A stretch of DNA of 64,000 nucleotides, taken from Nannocystales bacterium (GTDB lineage Bacteria > Myxococcota_A > Polyangia > Nannocystales > Nannocystaceae). The position numbers and the translations under genes were made by a program. Shown piece by piece: positions 1-11,929 of the stretch (the stretch's first letter is position 1; each line of letters opens with the position of its first letter). Location: the NCBI GenBank assembly GCA_050633305.1, contig JBOEGF010000005.1, positions 416,001 through 480,000 of the forward strand, written 5' to 3'. The notes under the pieces are model-generated. The model worked only from the letters and a program-made list of their open reading frames with translations. It searched no databases and was not told where the DNA came from.

Positions 1-333
1 CTCCATCGCGATGAAAACCTCCCCCTCGTATGTCCCGACCTCGAACACAGTCAAGACGTTGGGGTGGGACAGTCGTGCCATTGCCCTCGCCTCTCGCTGC
101 AACCGCGCGGTGCCGCCGGCGAAGTCGCGGTGCAGCTTGATCGCCACCGTTCGTTCCAGGCGAGGGTCCCAAGCGCGATACACCACGCCCATTCCTCCCG
201 CACCGATCTTCCGTTCGATCACGAAGTGCCCAACCTGGTCGCCTTCGTTGACGAGCAGCGGTGTCACATTGATCGCAGGGGCGGCTGCGAGCTCGCGTAG
301 AGCAGACCCCAGCGAACTGAGGTCCGAGTGCAT
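1..333 (-). CDS. Ser/Thr protein kinase, N-terminal part (runs off the window's left edge)
   Basis: Manual minus-strand translation gives FVIERKIGAGGMGVVYRAWDPRLERTVAIK...LQREARAMARLSHPNVLTVFEVG (Hanks kinase subdomains I-IV). ATG at 333, alternative GTG at 366. Not in the ORF track. Confidence 0.9.
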   Translation of the reverse strand, partial: MHSDLSSLGSALRELAAAPAINVTPLLVNEGDQVGHFVIERKIGAGGMGVVYRAWDPRLERTVAIKLHRDFAGGTARLQREARAMARLSHPNVLTVFEVGTYEGEVFIAME

Positions 334-458
334 CGGCACGGAGTCGTCACGCCTTGCCACCGACACCCACTATACCGCCCTCCGTTGCGACTCACGGAAG
401 ACTTCCCGTGGGTGCCGACAGCCGACGGCCGGACCGTTCGAGGAGTCCCTCGGGGCTG

Positions 459-1199
459 CTAGAGGCGCTCCACTACGCACGAGGTGAGCGTCCAGTTCTC
501 TTTGCTTGTCGACCGAAGTGCGATGCCGAACGCTGGGTTCTCGACCTCCGCGGAAGGCACGGTGATCATGAACCTCAACGTGTCGGCCACAAACGAGAAG
601 CTCGCCGCGCTGGTTGTGAAGAATCCCCCGGGGTAGGTCACGCCGCCCCGAACGGACATCGTCTCGGTGAATTCCCCGGAGCACTCGACCAGGAGGTCGT
701 GGCCCACGAGCTCGGGGCGCAGTGGCATCATGATGCTGACCCCGCCGTCGCCCTCGACGTTGATCTGCGCTTCTCTCCAGCTGGCGACGCCGGCTTGCCA
801 CTGCACCTTGTAGCCGAAGAAAAAGAAGCCTCGGCTGGACGGTCTCGTTGGTGTCAGCTTGGACGGTCGCGAGAGCCGCAGAGGGGCGACGTCGAACATC
901 TTCTTCTCGATCGTCCCGGCCGCAGGGTTCGAGGTCGTCCGCATCGAGCCGAACTGGGCGTCGAAGTTGTTGTCGAACGTCGCCTCCTTCGGCGCCAACC
1001 CCATCCGCACCACCCCCTTGCGCACCGTGACCGCCGGTCCTTTTGCGGTGGCCTTCTTGATCGCTGCCGTCCCTTTGCTGGGGCGCCGCTTCCGGTGTTT
1101 GGTGGGCGCTGCCTTCTTCGTGGCAGGGGCGCTGTGGGCGGAGCCCGTGAGCAGAAGAGCAAGAGAGCAGATGGACAAGACAGCGGGGGTGCGGCGCAT
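459..1199 (-). CDS. Secreted hypothetical protein
   Basis: Signal peptide MRRTPAVLSICSLALLLTGSAHS, then a Lys/Ala-rich linker and a beta-rich body. Start moved to ATG 1199. Confidence 0.7.
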   Translation of the reverse strand: MRRTPAVLSICSLALLLTGSAHSAPATKKAAPTKHRKRRPSKGTAAIKKATAKGPAVTVRKGVVRMGLAPKEATFDNNFDAQFGSMRTTSNPAAGTIEKKMFDVAPLRLSRPSKLTPTRPSSRGFFFFGYKVQWQAGVASWREAQINVEGDGGVSIMMPLRPELVGHDLLVECSGEFTETMSVRGGVTYPGGFFTTSAASFSFVADTLRFMITVPSAEVENPAFGIALRSTSKENWTLTSCVVERL

Positions 1200-1432
1200 C
1201 AGAGGTGTTCCTTCGGATCGGTAGGTGCGCGGCGAAGGGTTTGTGACACGCTGAGTTTCCCCGGACCCGGCGGCGCGGCGCTCGGCAGGCCGGTCGCGGC
1301 CGTGAGCCCCGGCTCCGGATGCCTGACCGGGGTGTCGGTTTGAGCTTGAGGCGGTTTTCCGGCCGAGCGCTGCTTGCGCTTTTCCGGACACGGGGCCCGG
1401 AGGGTTCGCGCTCCGTGGTATCCACCCAACGC

Positions 1433-2341
1433 ATGCGCTTCTTGGCCGTTGTTAATCCTGCAGCTGGTGGTGGCCGCTGTGGCAAGGAGTACCCCGCGGC
1501 GATCCGGCGGCTCGAGGATGCCGGCCTGGAGGTCGATGTGGTGACGACGTCCGGGCCTGGCGAGGCGGTGGAGTTGGTACGGAAAGCCTGGGCGGACGGG
1601 CAGCGGCGTTTCCTTGCGGTGGGCGGAGATGGAACCGGCTACGAGCTGGTCAACGGCATGTTCCCACTGGCACTCGAAGGTGAAGAGGAGCCGCCTCAGC
1701 TGGGGTTCCTTCCGCTGGGAACGGGCAACTCATTCCTCCGGGACTTCATGAAGCCCGGCGACAAGGACGGAGCGGGGCACGCCCTCGGTGCGCTCCTCGA
1801 ACAACGGCTTCGGTCGATCGATGTGGTTCGCATCGAGCACGACAAGGGCGAAAACTTCTACATCAACCTGTTCGCGATCGGCTTCGCCGCGGACGTCAAC
1901 TCTCGTGCGGCTCGGTACAAGAACTGGGGCGAGTTTGGGTACATCGGCAGCGTGGTCGCGGAGACCCTGGGTCTGGCGCCGAACACCTACCCCCTGCGTG
2001 AGGACGGCGGTGCGCTGAACCAGGACCCCGCGGCGTTCATCGCGATCTGCAACAGCAAGTTCACCGGAGGCACGATGATGATGGCGCCCAACGCCGACAC
2101 TGGGGACGGCAAGGTCGACGTCGTGCACGTGGGCGCCTTGGGCCGGATCGGTCTGTTGCGCGCGTTCCCCAAGTTGTTCGAGGGAAAACACCTCGACCTC
2201 GACGTTGTGCGGGGCAGTCAGCCCAGTCGTGTGGAGTTCGAACTCGACGGTCCGACGAACATCATGCTCGATGGGGAAGCGCTGTACGTGCAGCCCAAGG
2301 TGATCGAGGTGCTGCCGGGCGCGCTTCAGGTCTTCGCCTGA
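1433..2341 (+). CDS. Diacylglycerol/lipid kinase family protein (YegS/DagK-like)
   Basis: Motifs VVNPAAGGG, AVGGDGT, PLGTGN, and C-terminal LDGE. Confidence 0.92.
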   Translation: MRFLAVVNPAAGGGRCGKEYPAAIRRLEDAGLEVDVVTTSGPGEAVELVRKAWADGQRRFLAVGGDGTGYELVNGMFPLALEGEEEPPQLGFLPLGTGNSFLRDFMKPGDKDGAGHALGALLEQRLRSIDVVRIEHDKGENFYINLFAIGFAADVNSRAARYKNWGEFGYIGSVVAETLGLAPNTYPLREDGGALNQDPAAFIAICNSKFTGGTMMMAPNADTGDGKVDVVHVGALGRIGLLRAFPKLFEGKHLDLDVVRGSQPSRVEFELDGPTNIMLDGEALYVQPKVIEVLPGALQVFA

Positions 2342-2342
2342 C

Positions 2343-2373
2343 AGCCGGCCCGAACGAGACGCTCGGGCCGGCT
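2343..2373. terminator. GC-rich hairpin between convergent genes (possible bidirectional terminator)
   Basis: Perfect 11-bp stem AGCCGGCCCGA/TCGGGCCGGCT with a 9-nt loop, between the lipid kinase and maeB stops. No U-tract. Confidence 0.55.
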
Positions 2374-2381
2374 CGGCGCAC

Positions 2382-4652
<2,271 letters not shown>

Positions 4653-4671
4653 GGCGCGGAGGGTATCGCGT

Positions 4672-5886
4672 TCAGAAGCGGCCTTCGACGGTGAGTCCAC
4701 CAAGTCCCGGTCCGCCCAGAGGCGCGACGGAGAGCCTCTCAGCGCGACGTTCAAGGGTGTGCGAACGGTTGCGCGCCCCAGCGGCCAAGCCGATGAGCGC
4801 GGCTGCGCCGACCGCCAGTCCAACCCCTGCGAACGTTGCTGCACGGCGGCTGGACCTGTATCTGTCGATGTCTGCGTCGAGTTCGGCGACCCGTTCGGAT
4901 GCCCGTCGCTGCTCCGCGTCGCTCGCAAAGAACGGGTCATGCTCATCCGCGGTTTGTGCCTCGAGGTCCCGGTCGAACTCGGCCATGCCGATCTGAATCG
5001 AGCGAACCCCTGCGAAGAGCCCCGCACCGAGTGCACCCGCCACGGTCAAGCCCGTCCCAATCCGGGCCCCCCGCCGGACACCGCTCCACCGTTCTGCAGC
5101 CGTTCGGAGCGCCTCGGCTTCGGTTGCGTTTTGTGCATGCTCAGCGGAGAGCAACGAGCCGCCCACACCGAGCGGAGCGAGCTCGACGCGTAGGAGCGCG
5201 CCGCATTGCGCGGGGGGTCGTGCTTCGACGAGGTTTGTGTCCCCGCAGCGTGCAAGGTCTCCGTCTCTGCGTAGGGTCTCGGTCGACCGAGCCAGGCTCA
5301 CGCCACCGCCCGCGCCGTGGACCGATGCTCCAACGTCTCCGTCGATGGCGCTGCCCGTGTACAGCGAGAAGGCGCCCACGGTCATCGCGGTCACGAGATG
5401 CGTGGCCCCGCTGCACGCCGCGGCGTTTCCGATTGCACGTGCTTGGTCGACGCCCGCTTCGCGTTGTCCGACGACGATCATGTCGACGTTGAGTTGGCCC
5501 TCCCGAGACAGCGCGGACTCGAGACGCGCCGCGCCGAGCGGGAGCTTCGCCCACAGGGCATCTCGGTCTCGGATCCGTAGCTCGTCTCGCTTGTGCGTGA
5601 GCGGGTGATAGGCGTACTCGCCCTCGAGTTCGCACCGCGAGAGCACCTGCATCTGGCAACCGTCGTACCGGACTGCTACGAGGCCTTGGCCAGCCGCAGC
5701 CTCCAGTTGGGCCCTGTCTGCCGCGGGCCACTCGACCAGCAGCGGTTGGGTCTCGTCGGGTGTTGTAGGGCACGCGGTTGGGCTTGCCAGCGCAGATGAA
5801 GCCGTGGGGACCGACGACCCTGGTGTGTTTGCCTGGCAACCCGACAGGAGAAGCAGGCTCGTGGCCACGAGGGAAAGCATCCGCAC
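4672..5886 (-). CDS. Putative lipoprotein with two C-terminal hydrophobic segments and a beta-strand-like end
   Basis: Lipobox LLLSGC; Cys-containing N-terminal domain (PLLVEWP...AVRYDGC); ends GLTVEGRF. Confidence 0.7.
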   Translation of the reverse strand: MRMLSLVATSLLLLSGCQANTPGSSVPTASSALASPTACPTTPDETQPLLVEWPAADRAQLEAAAGQGLVAVRYDGCQMQVLSRCELEGEYAYHPLTHKRDELRIRDRDALWAKLPLGAARLESALSREGQLNVDMIVVGQREAGVDQARAIGNAAACSGATHLVTAMTVGAFSLYTGSAIDGDVGASVHGAGGGVSLARSTETLRRDGDLARCGDTNLVEARPPAQCGALLRVELAPLGVGGSLLSAEHAQNATEAEALRTAAERWSGVRRGARIGTGLTVAGALGAGLFAGVRSIQIGMAEFDRDLEAQTADEHDPFFASDAEQRRASERVAELDADIDRYRSSRRAATFAGVGLAVGAAALIGLAAGARNRSHTLERRAERLSVAPLGGPGLGGLTVEGRF

Positions 5887-5965
5887 GTCAACAACTGACG
5901 CGTCACTCCCACGATCGATACAACCGCATCGGACGCGGATGTGCGGGCGCTGGGACTCGCCCCGC

Positions 5966-7468
5966 TCAGCTCGAGGGTTTTCCCGGGGCCGGGTGCGGGG
6001 GACGAGGGGGAAGCACCAGACTGATGCGAGCTCCGTCGTCGCTGTCGATCTTCAGGTGCCCGCCATGCATGTCCACGATCTTGTGTGCGATGGCCATGCC
6101 GAGTCCTGTCCCGGTTTCTTTGGTCGTGAAGAACGGCTCGAAGATTCGGGGGGCGACCGCCTCGTCGATGCCTGGGCCGTTGTCGGCGACCACGATCCGT
6201 GCGCCGGCGCCGTCTTGGTGGACGGACAGTTCCACCTGGCCGTTCTCTTGCTCGCGCACGGCTTCGAGTGCGTTGCGAAGCAAGTTGAGCAGGACCTGTT
6301 CGATCCGCTGGCGGTCCACCTCAACAGGGATGTCGCGGGCCTCGCACAGCGTGATGAGGGTGACACCGATCTCGTCTGCGACCGGGCGTTCGAGGCTGGC
6401 CACGTGCTCGATCAGCTCGCAGAGGTTGGTCGGGCGGGCGTTGATCGCCGTGGGGCGGGCGAAGGTGAGGAAGTCAGACACGAGCGCGCCGAGTCGGAGG
6501 ATCTCCTCGCGAACCGTATCCAGCGGCTCGAGGACCTTGGGGTCTTCGCTGAGTTTCCGAACCCGACGCTCGAGGAGCTGGAGCTGGAGGTTGGCGGCAT
6601 TGAGCGGGTTGCGAATCTCGTGGGCGAGGCCGGCGGAGACGGTGCCGACCGCAGCGAGTTTCTCGGCCATCCGGGTCCGCCGTTCCAGCTCTGCAATGTC
6701 GGTGATGTCGAGTCCCGAAGCGTAGATTCGAAACGCGGGTCCTTCACCGAGCGCGGAGAGTTGCCAGCTGATGCTCCGCTCCTCGAGGCGTCCATCCTCA
6801 GCGCGCCGGGTGATCAACCCGTCGACACTGACTCCTGCGGCGTTGTCTTGCACGGACGCGAAGGCCTCGCGGGCGGTGCCGCGGACCCGCGGCGGAACAC
6901 AGGTCTCCAACCAGTCGGCGCCTTCGAGGTCCTCGCATCGCAGCCCTGTTGCCGCTGCGACAGCGGGGTTCGCCTGCACCACTCGGAGGTCTCCATCCAG
7001 GACCAGCAGCAGAGCCTGGACGGTGTCCACCATCGTCCGCAGCGCTTCTTCACTGCGACCGAGTCGGGACTGCAGCGACGCCGCGCGTCGACGCAGATCG
7101 ACTTGCCTGAACGCGCGCTCGACGTTGGCGATCAGATCTTCGGGGTCGAAGGGCTTGAGGATGTACGCGAACGCATCGGACTTTACGGCCTCGGCCGCGT
7201 CGTGGATCGAGGCGTTTCCGGTGACCAAGAGGACCTCTTGGAGCCCGTCCCCGGTCTTGAGTTGGGGGACGATCTTGGGACCGCGGGCGTCCGGCAACTG
7301 AACGTCGAGCAGTGCGATGTCGAAGCCGGCCTTCGCCAGCTCCAGGCCAAGCTCAGCGTTGTCCGCTGTCTGCACGGTGGCACCCTCGCCCTCGAGGATC
7401 TCTTGGAGGTTCTCGACGAGGTCGGCGTGGTCGTCGATGACGATGATGCGTGCGCCCGAAAGCCGCAT
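5966..7468 (-). CDS. Hybrid sensor histidine kinase (REC-PAS-HisKA-HATPase)
   Basis: IIVIDD...LLDVQLP...KPF receiver; PAS-like LDGDLRVVQANP; AHEIRNPL; NLLRNA, DNGPGI, FFTTK, GTGLG. Confidence 0.95.
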   Translation of the reverse strand: MRLSGARIIVIDDHADLVENLQEILEGEGATVQTADNAELGLELAKAGFDIALLDVQLPDARGPKIVPQLKTGDGLQEVLLVTGNASIHDAAEAVKSDAFAYILKPFDPEDLIANVERAFRQVDLRRRAASLQSRLGRSEEALRTMVDTVQALLLVLDGDLRVVQANPAVAAATGLRCEDLEGADWLETCVPPRVRGTAREAFASVQDNAAGVSVDGLITRRAEDGRLEERSISWQLSALGEGPAFRIYASGLDITDIAELERRTRMAEKLAAVGTVSAGLAHEIRNPLNAANLQLQLLERRVRKLSEDPKVLEPLDTVREEILRLGALVSDFLTFARPTAINARPTNLCELIEHVASLERPVADEIGVTLITLCEARDIPVEVDRQRIEQVLLNLLRNALEAVREQENGQVELSVHQDGAGARIVVADNGPGIDEAVAPRIFEPFFTTKETGTGLGMAIAHKIVDMHGGHLKIDSDDGARISLVLPPRPPHPAPGKPSS

Positions 7469-7518
7469 TCTGCCCAGTGTGCGCCGTGCCCCGCCCGCAG
7501 GGAAGGCACAAAGTGGTG

Positions 7519-8541
7519 CTACGGCTGCTGCTGTGCGCGCGGAAAGTGCACACAGACCCGGGCGCCTCCATCTGAGAGGTTTTCGGCTGAGGCTTGGCCT
7601 CCGTGGCGCCGCGCGACGCTGTCCACCAGGGCGAGGCCAAGACCAATTCCCGACGTCGTGGAGAGAGGGTCGAACGCGTCACGCAGAAGTTGCGCCTCGA
7701 ACCCGGGGCCCTGATCTCTGACCCACAGGACCAGCGCGTCGCTCGACTCCGTGGCCCCGAGCCGAAGCACGCCCTCGCCCCGCATCGCCGTGTTTGCGTT
7801 TCGCAGCAGGTTGACCAGCACCCGCTGCAGGAGGCCGGGGTCGGCATCGACGCGGAGACCCGAGGGGGTCTCGATGAGTCCACGCATCGCGGATGGCAAC
7901 GCGGCTTCCTCGAGGGCGAGGGAGAACGCCTCCCGCACGTCGAGAGACTCGAGTCGCGGCGGCGCGTTGCGGGCCAGATGCATCAGGTCCTCGATGATGC
8001 GATGGCAATTCTCAACCTGGCGCCCGATCTTCTCGATGTGCCGCCCTGTTTTCTCGTCGCTGGGAGCCCGCCGCTGCAGAAGGTAGAGCGAGGACTGGAT
8101 CACGCCCATCGGATTGCGGAGTTCGTGGCCCAGCGTTCCTGCGGCCTTGCCCAGCATCGCGAGCCGATTCCTCTGAGACGTGGGGTCGTCGAAGCGGGCC
8201 TGGGCGACGACGGTCGTGATGCGTAGTTCCGCCTCGGTCCACGCGGTGAGCCGTTCGGCGAGCGCGGGGTCCTGGAGCCGCCGGGCTTGGGAGACGCGCA
8301 GGAGCGCCTCGACGTGTTGCGGGAGGGAGGTCGCCTCCAGGGCGCTATCGGCGAGCGATGCGCGAAGCTGTCCGGTCTGGGCGTCGTCGGATCGGACAGC
8401 CTCGATCCACTGCCGATATCGCTGCGCGTCGAATCCGAGCTCGCGTGCGTCGTCGTCGGCGCGGCCGAGCAAGACCCCAAGGACCTCGGAGGAGAGTGAC
8501 TCCCCGCGTAGGGGCCACGAGACTGCGTCCCAATCCGACAT
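7519..8541 (-). CDS. Sensor histidine kinase with a short cytoplasmic N-terminal domain
   Basis: GHELRNPM, NLLRNA, DQGPGF, GIGLGL. Start uncertain (ATG 8541, or upstream in-frame at 8625). Confidence 0.88.
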   Translation of the reverse strand: MSDWDAVSWPLRGESLSSEVLGVLLGRADDDARELGFDAQRYRQWIEAVRSDDAQTGQLRASLADSALEATSLPQHVEALLRVSQARRLQDPALAERLTAWTEAELRITTVVAQARFDDPTSQRNRLAMLGKAAGTLGHELRNPMGVIQSSLYLLQRRAPSDEKTGRHIEKIGRQVENCHRIIEDLMHLARNAPPRLESLDVREAFSLALEEAALPSAMRGLIETPSGLRVDADPGLLQRVLVNLLRNANTAMRGEGVLRLGATESSDALVLWVRDQGPGFEAQLLRDAFDPLSTTSGIGLGLALVDSVARRHGGQASAENLSDGGARVCVHFPRAQQQP

Positions 8542-8673
8542 TTCACGATCAACTTCAGACAAGACCAGCCGTTCGCCAAGCCGCTTTTTCCGCGCTCCGC
8601 CCGCTGCGTTGATTGCGCTACGCAAAAACTGCGCGGCGACGGCGTGAACCGCGGGATATGCCCACTAGAGCGC

Positions 8674-10080
8674 ATGTCTGGCACGGACGCCCCCACCGAA
8701 GAGACTCGAATCCTGGTCGTGGACGACGAGGCCGCAGCCCGCAACGCGCTCGTCGAGCTGCTTCGCGAGGAGGGGTTCGCCGTACACTCGGCGGCGGACG
8801 GCTTCAAGGCGCTCGGCCAAGTCGACGCGTGGAGCCCCCACCTCATCATCACCGACGTGAAGATGCCTGGCCTCGATGGGCTGGAGCTGATGAAGAAGCT
8901 GCGCGTGCGGGGAGACGTCGTGGGCATCGTGGTGATGACCGCGTTCGGTTCCGTCGAGAGCGCCGTCGAGGCCATGCAGCAGGGCGCCGACGACTACCTG
9001 ACCAAGCCCGTGCACTTCCCCGAGTTGTTGGTCGTCGTCCGCAAAGTGCTGGAGCACCAACACCTTCGGCAAGAAAACTCGCTGCTCAAGTCCGAGCTGA
9101 GTGAGGCCGGGAGTGACGGGGTGCAGTGGATCGGGACGTCGAAAGCATCTCGCGACTTGGTCGCACTGATCCGTCAGGTCGCGCACTCGGATGCGCCCGC
9201 CTTGGTGCTGGGCGATCACGGCACGGGCAAGCAACTCGTGGCGCGAGCGCTTCATGATTGGGGAGCGCGCGCTGCCGGGCCGTTCGTCACGGTGCACTGC
9301 GCCGGGCTGGAAGAGTCCGTCCTCGAAGCGGAGGTGTTCGGTCACGTCGCAGGGGCATTGCCGGGCACGACCTCAGCACGCGACGGGGCGTTGGCCCGAG
9401 CGAACGGCGGAACGCTACTTCTCAACGACGTCTCCCACCTTCCAGGTGGCGCCCAGAACCGTCTGCTGCGGTTCCTACAAGAGGGGGTCTTCGAGCGTCT
9501 CGGTGGATCCGAGACCGAAACCGCGGACGTTCGGATCGTTGCGGCGTGTGATCTGGACCTTCAGCAAGTCGAGACGTTCCGAGATGAGCTGTACTACCGG
9601 CTCAACGTGGTGACGCTGCGGGTTCCGTCGCTTCGGCAGCGGTGGGAGGACCTCCCCGCGCTCGCGATGCACTTCCTTCAGGTGCACGCGAAGCAGCGCG
9701 GAAAACACATTCGGGGATTCAGCGATCGTACGCTTCACGTCCTGCAGCACTTCGACTGGAAGGACAACGTTCGTCAGCTTGAACATTGCGTCGAGCGGGC
9801 GGTCGTTTTGTGCAACGAGCGAGAGGTTCAGCCGCGCCACCTGCCTCGCGAGGTCCTTCACCACAGTCCGGGCGACAGCGGAGACGCACCGCGTATGCCG
9901 GGGTCCTCGATGGCCGACATCGAGAAGTACGCGATCCTCAGCACGCTCGAGCTGGTGCGGGGATCGACGCGGAAAGCCGCAGAAATCCTCGGCATCTCGC
10001 CGCGTAAGATTCAGTACCGCCTCGCGGAGTATCGAGAAGCCGGCCCGTCTGGTGTGCCGGCCGTCAAGCCGACGAAATAG
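8674..10080 (+). CDS. NtrC-family response regulator (REC-AAA-HTH) with degenerate AAA motifs
   Basis: ILVVDD...TDVKMP...KP receiver; GDHGTGKQ; FRDELYYRLNV; Fis-like HTH (TRKAAEILGISPRKIQYRL). Confidence 0.93.
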   Translation: MSGTDAPTEETRILVVDDEAAARNALVELLREEGFAVHSAADGFKALGQVDAWSPHLIITDVKMPGLDGLELMKKLRVRGDVVGIVVMTAFGSVESAVEAMQQGADDYLTKPVHFPELLVVVRKVLEHQHLRQENSLLKSELSEAGSDGVQWIGTSKASRDLVALIRQVAHSDAPALVLGDHGTGKQLVARALHDWGARAAGPFVTVHCAGLEESVLEAEVFGHVAGALPGTTSARDGALARANGGTLLLNDVSHLPGGAQNRLLRFLQEGVFERLGGSETETADVRIVAACDLDLQQVETFRDELYYRLNVVTLRVPSLRQRWEDLPALAMHFLQVHAKQRGKHIRGFSDRTLHVLQHFDWKDNVRQLEHCVERAVVLCNEREVQPRHLPREVLHHSPGDSGDAPRMPGSSMADIEKYAILSTLELVRGSTRKAAEILGISPRKIQYRLAEYREAGPSGVPAVKPTK

Positions 10081-10243
10081 CGTCGGCCGCGACGCGAGCG
10101 TGAAGCCCGTGTTGGCCAGGGTGTAACGCTACGACCACTCGACCCGTCTCACCCGCGGGCCGTCACAGCGTTGGTTCGCGGCGGGTGTTGATCATGGCCC
10201 CGTTGCTCGCCGTGAGATGCTCCTGCCAGGCCGAGATCCGTTC

Positions 10244-11878
10244 ATGACGCACGCACCCAACAAACCTGTCCAAGTTGCGACCTGGTCTGCACTCGAGGAC
10301 CGCGCGCCTTCCTATGCGCTCGTGGCCAACGTCGACCTCGTTGTCACCCGCTTCGATGACCGCGTGTCTGTGCTGTACGGGCGTTGCCTGCACCGCGGCG
10401 CGCTGATGTCCGATGGCACCGTGCAGGGCAACGACCTGGTGTGCGGGCTTCACGGCTGGGACTACCAGCTCGACTCGGGCGTGAGTGCCTACGACAACAA
10501 GGAGGCGCTCCATCGATTCGAGGCCTGGATCGACGTCGACAAGGACGCCGTCTTTGTCGACGAGTCCGAGGTCGCGGCGTGGCACGAGGAACACCCGCAG
10601 GCCTACGACCGGGACGCGTATCTGGGCCTCTACGACGACCCCCATGGGGGACCTGAGGAGCCCTACAACAAGCGGACGCGCAGCCTTGCCGTGCTGGGAC
10701 CACAGAAGACGGGCCATCACGGTCCCATGTCGTCGATGGGCGTGGCTCTGACCGAGCTACCCCGTTGGGACTCGATCCAAATCCTCACGGCCCAGCTTCA
10801 CCGAAAGCCTCGGCTCGATGAGGACGTGGTCGGCAGCGGAATCACGATCGGCCCCAACGCGAAGAAGCCCATGCAGCTGAAGATCCCGCTGTTCGTCAGC
10901 GACATGAGCTTCGGGGCGCTGAGTGAGGAGGCCAAGGTTGCCTTGGCGAAGGGCGCTGAGGCGGCGGGGACCGGGATCTGTTCTGGTGAAGGGGGCATGC
11001 TTCCTGAGGAACACGCCGAGAACTCCCGGTACTTCTACGAACTCGCGTCGGCGAGGTTCGGCTGGAGTCTCGACAAGGTCGAGGGGGTCCAGGCGTTTCA
11101 CTTCAAGGGCGGGCAGGGGGCCAAGACCGGGACCGGTGGGCACCTACCCGGAGACAAGGTGAAGGGGAAGATCGCCGAGGTCCGTCAGCTCGATCCTGGC
11201 ACAGCCGCGATCAGCCCTGCGACCTTCAGAGACCTCAGCACCCCTGCCGACTTTCAAGCCGTGGCGGACCAAGTTCGAGAGCGCAGCGGCGGTATTCCGA
11301 TCGGGTTCAAACTCAGTGCCCAACACATCGAGGCTGACCTCGACTTCGCGCTCACGGCGACGGCGGACTACATCATCCTCGATGGCCGCGGCGGTGGGAC
11401 CGGGGCCGCGCCAGAGGTGTTCAGGCAGAACATCTCGGTCCCCACAATGGTCGCGCTTGCTCGCGCGCGTCGGCATCTCGACCGTCGTGGACGGGGGGAT
11501 GTCACGCTGATCATCACCGGAGGATTGCGAACCGAGTCGGACTTCGTCAAAGCGCTGGCACTGGGGGCGGATGGGGTCGCGGTCTCCAACGCCGCCATGC
11601 AGGCGATCGGCTGCCTTGGCATGCGGGCCTGCCACACCAACAACTGTCCGGTTGGGATCGCGACCCAGAAATCCCACCTTCGGCGACGTTTGGAAATCGA
11701 CAAGTCCGCAGCGCAGCTCACCAACTTCTTCGACACCACAGTCGGTTTGATGAAGGTGCTGGCCCGCGCGTGTGGCCACGAGCACGTCTCGCAGTTCTGC
11801 CTCGACGACCTGACGACCTACGATCGCGACCTCGCCTACCTGACCGGCGTGCCCTATGCCGGCGTTGTGCCGTTGTAG
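10244..11878 (+). CDS. Rieske [2Fe-2S] domain fused to an FMN-binding glutamate synthase family domain
   Basis: CLHRG...CGLHGW Rieske motif; MSFGALS, SGEGG, GQGAK, DGRGGGTGA, GGLR, and Cys cluster GCLGMRACHTNNCPVG. No glutamine amidotransferase domain. Confidence 0.92.
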   Translation: MTHAPNKPVQVATWSALEDRAPSYALVANVDLVVTRFDDRVSVLYGRCLHRGALMSDGTVQGNDLVCGLHGWDYQLDSGVSAYDNKEALHRFEAWIDVDKDAVFVDESEVAAWHEEHPQAYDRDAYLGLYDDPHGGPEEPYNKRTRSLAVLGPQKTGHHGPMSSMGVALTELPRWDSIQILTAQLHRKPRLDEDVVGSGITIGPNAKKPMQLKIPLFVSDMSFGALSEEAKVALAKGAEAAGTGICSGEGGMLPEEHAENSRYFYELASARFGWSLDKVEGVQAFHFKGGQGAKTGTGGHLPGDKVKGKIAEVRQLDPGTAAISPATFRDLSTPADFQAVADQVRERSGGIPIGFKLSAQHIEADLDFALTATADYIILDGRGGGTGAAPEVFRQNISVPTMVALARARRHLDRRGRGDVTLIITGGLRTESDFVKALALGADGVAVSNAAMQAIGCLGMRACHTNNCPVGIATQKSHLRRRLEIDKSAAQLTNFFDTTVGLMKVLARACGHEHVSQFCLDDLTTYDRDLAYLTGVPYAGVVPL

Positions 11879-11929
11879 CGGGTCCTCCGACGCGGCCCGA
11901 CCTCTTCCCCAACAAGACGACGTTCCATC

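Noticed and set aside
8600..8635. Two GC-N6-TGCGC repeats between the kinase and the response regulator as enhancer sites
   Set aside because: Too short and degenerate to distinguish from chance in GC-rich DNA.
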